DNA of 64,000 nt from Utricularia gibba (lineage: Eukaryota > Plantae > Magnoliophyta), in the NCBI GenBank assembly GCA_002189035.1, contig CM007990.1, positions 372,001 through 436,000 of the forward strand, read 5' to 3'. Made by a program: the position numbers and the translations under genes. Below the pieces are notes generated by a model. It had not been told where the DNA came from and made no database searches. It was given only the letters and a program-made list of their open reading frames with translations. Positions 61,759-64,000 of this stretch are shown here, piece by piece; position 1 is the first letter of the stretch, and each line of letters starts with the position of its first letter.

Positions 61759-64000
61759 ATGGAGGAGGAACCGGCAGTGGCGGAACCAGCGACTCGCCGA
61801 TCGGTTAGTCAATCTGTTCACATTTTCTGTGTGTAGTTGATCATGTCATCATGAAAACGTGGATGAGATTATTTCTTGTTTTCCTTCTGTAGTTGGTTAT
61901 TTCATTGTGGAATCGTCGCTGCCATCACTTTTAATTTTTTATGTGTGAATTTTCTACAGAAAAGGGCTAGGGTTACGGTCAGGGATGACGATTTCACTCG
62001 TTTGGATGGACTTGAGGTTGAGTTGGACGAAGAGAGGGAGGAGTCGTCGGATGATTTTGAGGAGCCTAGGCGGAAAGCTAAGAAAAACAGGGCTACTGAG
62101 GGTGCATCAACGTCGGGAGCAGTTGGGCGTAGAAGTAGCCTGAGTTTGATAGGTTGGTCGTTTTTCTATATTTTGGTACCTGGAATTTTTCTGTGTATGT
62201 GGAGGGCTGATCTTGTTAACTCATCCCTGAATGAGAAGAATGGATGTGTTACTGGTCTAACCATTAGATGCAGTTTTTGCCTGTAAAGAATGAATTTATC
62301 GTTCTATCTTGATTTTGTGATCTTGATGGCATATATTGATCGAAAAATTCATCTCCTCCTCAGTTGAGGTCTCCAAGATTTCATTAAGATTTTGCATTTG
62401 TTAAAATCCTGTTGGTTTCGTAATTATTCATTCATAGTTCATTAATTCCATCTTTCACATTCAAACTCATGTCCTTTTCTTCAGATGTCATTAAGGGTGA
62501 TGCGAAAATGATTCCCAATGTAGTCAAATTTTGGGTTGAAAAGTATGAGAGAAGTCGAAACTCTGCGATGGCTGAACTCTTGACTTTGCTTTTTCAGGTT
62601 GGCATGCTGGTTTTAATAATTTTTATGTAAGCGTAATTTTATTTGATGTTGCTTCCATAATATTGCTATCTTGCAGGCATGTGGAGCAGATTATTTTCTT
62701 CAAGAAAATGATGTCGATAAAACTGATGTGGATGATGCTGTAGTTCAGCTTGTAAATATTGCCAAGGCAGTATCCTTTTTTTGAAAACAATGCTCATTTT
62801 CAGTAGTTGAATGTGCAAGCATTTCATAGAATTTTGATGCAGTCTATTCAAAAGAACACAGTTGAAATTTCTTAACACTGATTTAGGGTGATATTGAAGA
62901 TTTTCAAAATTCTAAAAGGGATCTCAAGCATTTCAAAGAAAATTTGCTGTCTTTCATAGATAACGTGGTTGGGGAATGTCAGGATGGACCGTTATTTGAA
63001 AAGGATGAGCCACTCTTTGATCGGTGCATAGACTACATCATTGCCTTGTCGTGGTAAGTTCCTTCATTTCTATAACTAGGAGTGTACTTTTCTGAGATAT
63101 CTAGCAGTTTGTTGTCATATATTAGTTTCTTCTTTACAGTACTCCTCCTAGATTCTATCGTCAAATAGCCACACTTATGGGACTTCAGTTTGTCTCATCC
63201 TTTATAAATGTTGCGAATAAGCTTGGTTCGCTGAGAGAAACTACTCAGCGGCAGCTAAATGCTGAAAAAAAGAAAAATGCTGAAGGACCAGGTATTGAAT
63301 CACTAAATAAAAGGCTGTCAATGGCACACGAGAAAATTACAATTATGGAAGACATGATGCGAAAAATATTTACTGGGTATGCTTATTGGCAGTTGTTCAA
63401 TTCAGTTTGGCTAATTGCATCTTTATAATGTGTCTAATACATTTTGTATGGTGAATTTTAGGTTATTTGTACATCGTTATCGAGACATTGACCCAGATAT
63501 CCGGATGTCATGTATAGACTCACTTGGAAAGTGGATACTTGAGTACCCTTCTCTCTTCTTGCGGGACTTGTATCTGAAGTACCTGGGCTGGACATTAAAT
63601 GATAAAGTAATTATTAGATGATGATTTGAGAATCCAGGAGTGAGAAATTAAGTTACCTGTAGCTAATATCTGCATCATTTCGTTCTATTTTGGCATGCAG
63701 AATCCTGGAGTTAGAAAGACGTCTATTCTGGCATTGCAAAGCCTGTATGAGGTGGATGATAATGTACCTTCTCTTAATCATTTCACTGAGAGGTTTTCTA
63801 AAAGAATGGTAGAACTAGCTGATGACATTGACATTTCTGTGGCTGTCTGCGCTATAGGCCTTGTTAAACAGTTACTCAGGTATGTGGTAGCAGAAAAATC
63901 TCTTTTGTTTGGCATTTATGAAATTGGCCCATGGAATTTCATGATTTTATCTTTTTTTTTTGTTTCTTTTACATGATGCAGACATAGACTTGTTCTGGAT
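61759..64000 (+). CDS. SCC3: Cohesin subunit SCC3/STAG, 5' part (runs off the window)
   Basis: MEEEPAVAEP..; CTPPRFYRQIATLMGLQFVSSFI; LFVHRYRDIDPDIRMSCIDSLGKWI..YPSLFL.DLYLKYLGWTLNDK|NPGVRK; RFSKRMVELADDIDISVAVCAIGLVKQLLR (STAG/SCD region). Confidence 0.95.
62770..62886 (+). other. U12-type (minor spliceosome) GT-AG intron in SCC3
   Basis: 5' site GTATCCTTTT; branch-like TTCTTAAC at 62869-62876, 10 nt before the AG, with no real polypyrimidine tract. The phase-0 junction gives ..NIAKA|GDIEDF. Confidence 0.8.

Overview
Gene-dense, short-intron eudicot nuclear DNA; the species cannot be determined from the sequence. I found no rRNA, tRNA, CRISPR array or recognisable transposase/retroelement ORF. 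In order: 3' end of a DHX37/FAS4-type DEAH helicase (+); a ~182-bp tandem repeat; a ~25-kb multi-exon midasin/MDN1 gene (-); a divergent pectin methylesterase / PMEI-domain pair; DUF538; RPL18; RPL22; SmD2; a decayed UDP-xylose synthase (UXS) pseudogene; an At4g02425-like protein; a CCCH-zinc-finger DExH helicase; a phi GST; an anthocyanin-type (subgroup 6-like) R2R3-MYB; LPA1; a FYV7-like protein; TIR1 with a miR393 site; NET3; a classical AGP; a CRIB-RopGAP; and the 5' part of SCC3. Protein calls come from recognising translated motifs from memory, not from database searches. Eight places in seven conserved genes are one base short at a G/C homopolymer, which most likely reflects consensus errors in the assembly. 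I did not find a convincing new biological system. The best leads are the tandem array built from the midasin stop/3' UTR, the PME/PMEI head-to-head pair, the UXS pseudogene, the divergent MYB, a U12-type intron in SCC3 and a palindromic TCP-type element upstream of TIR1.
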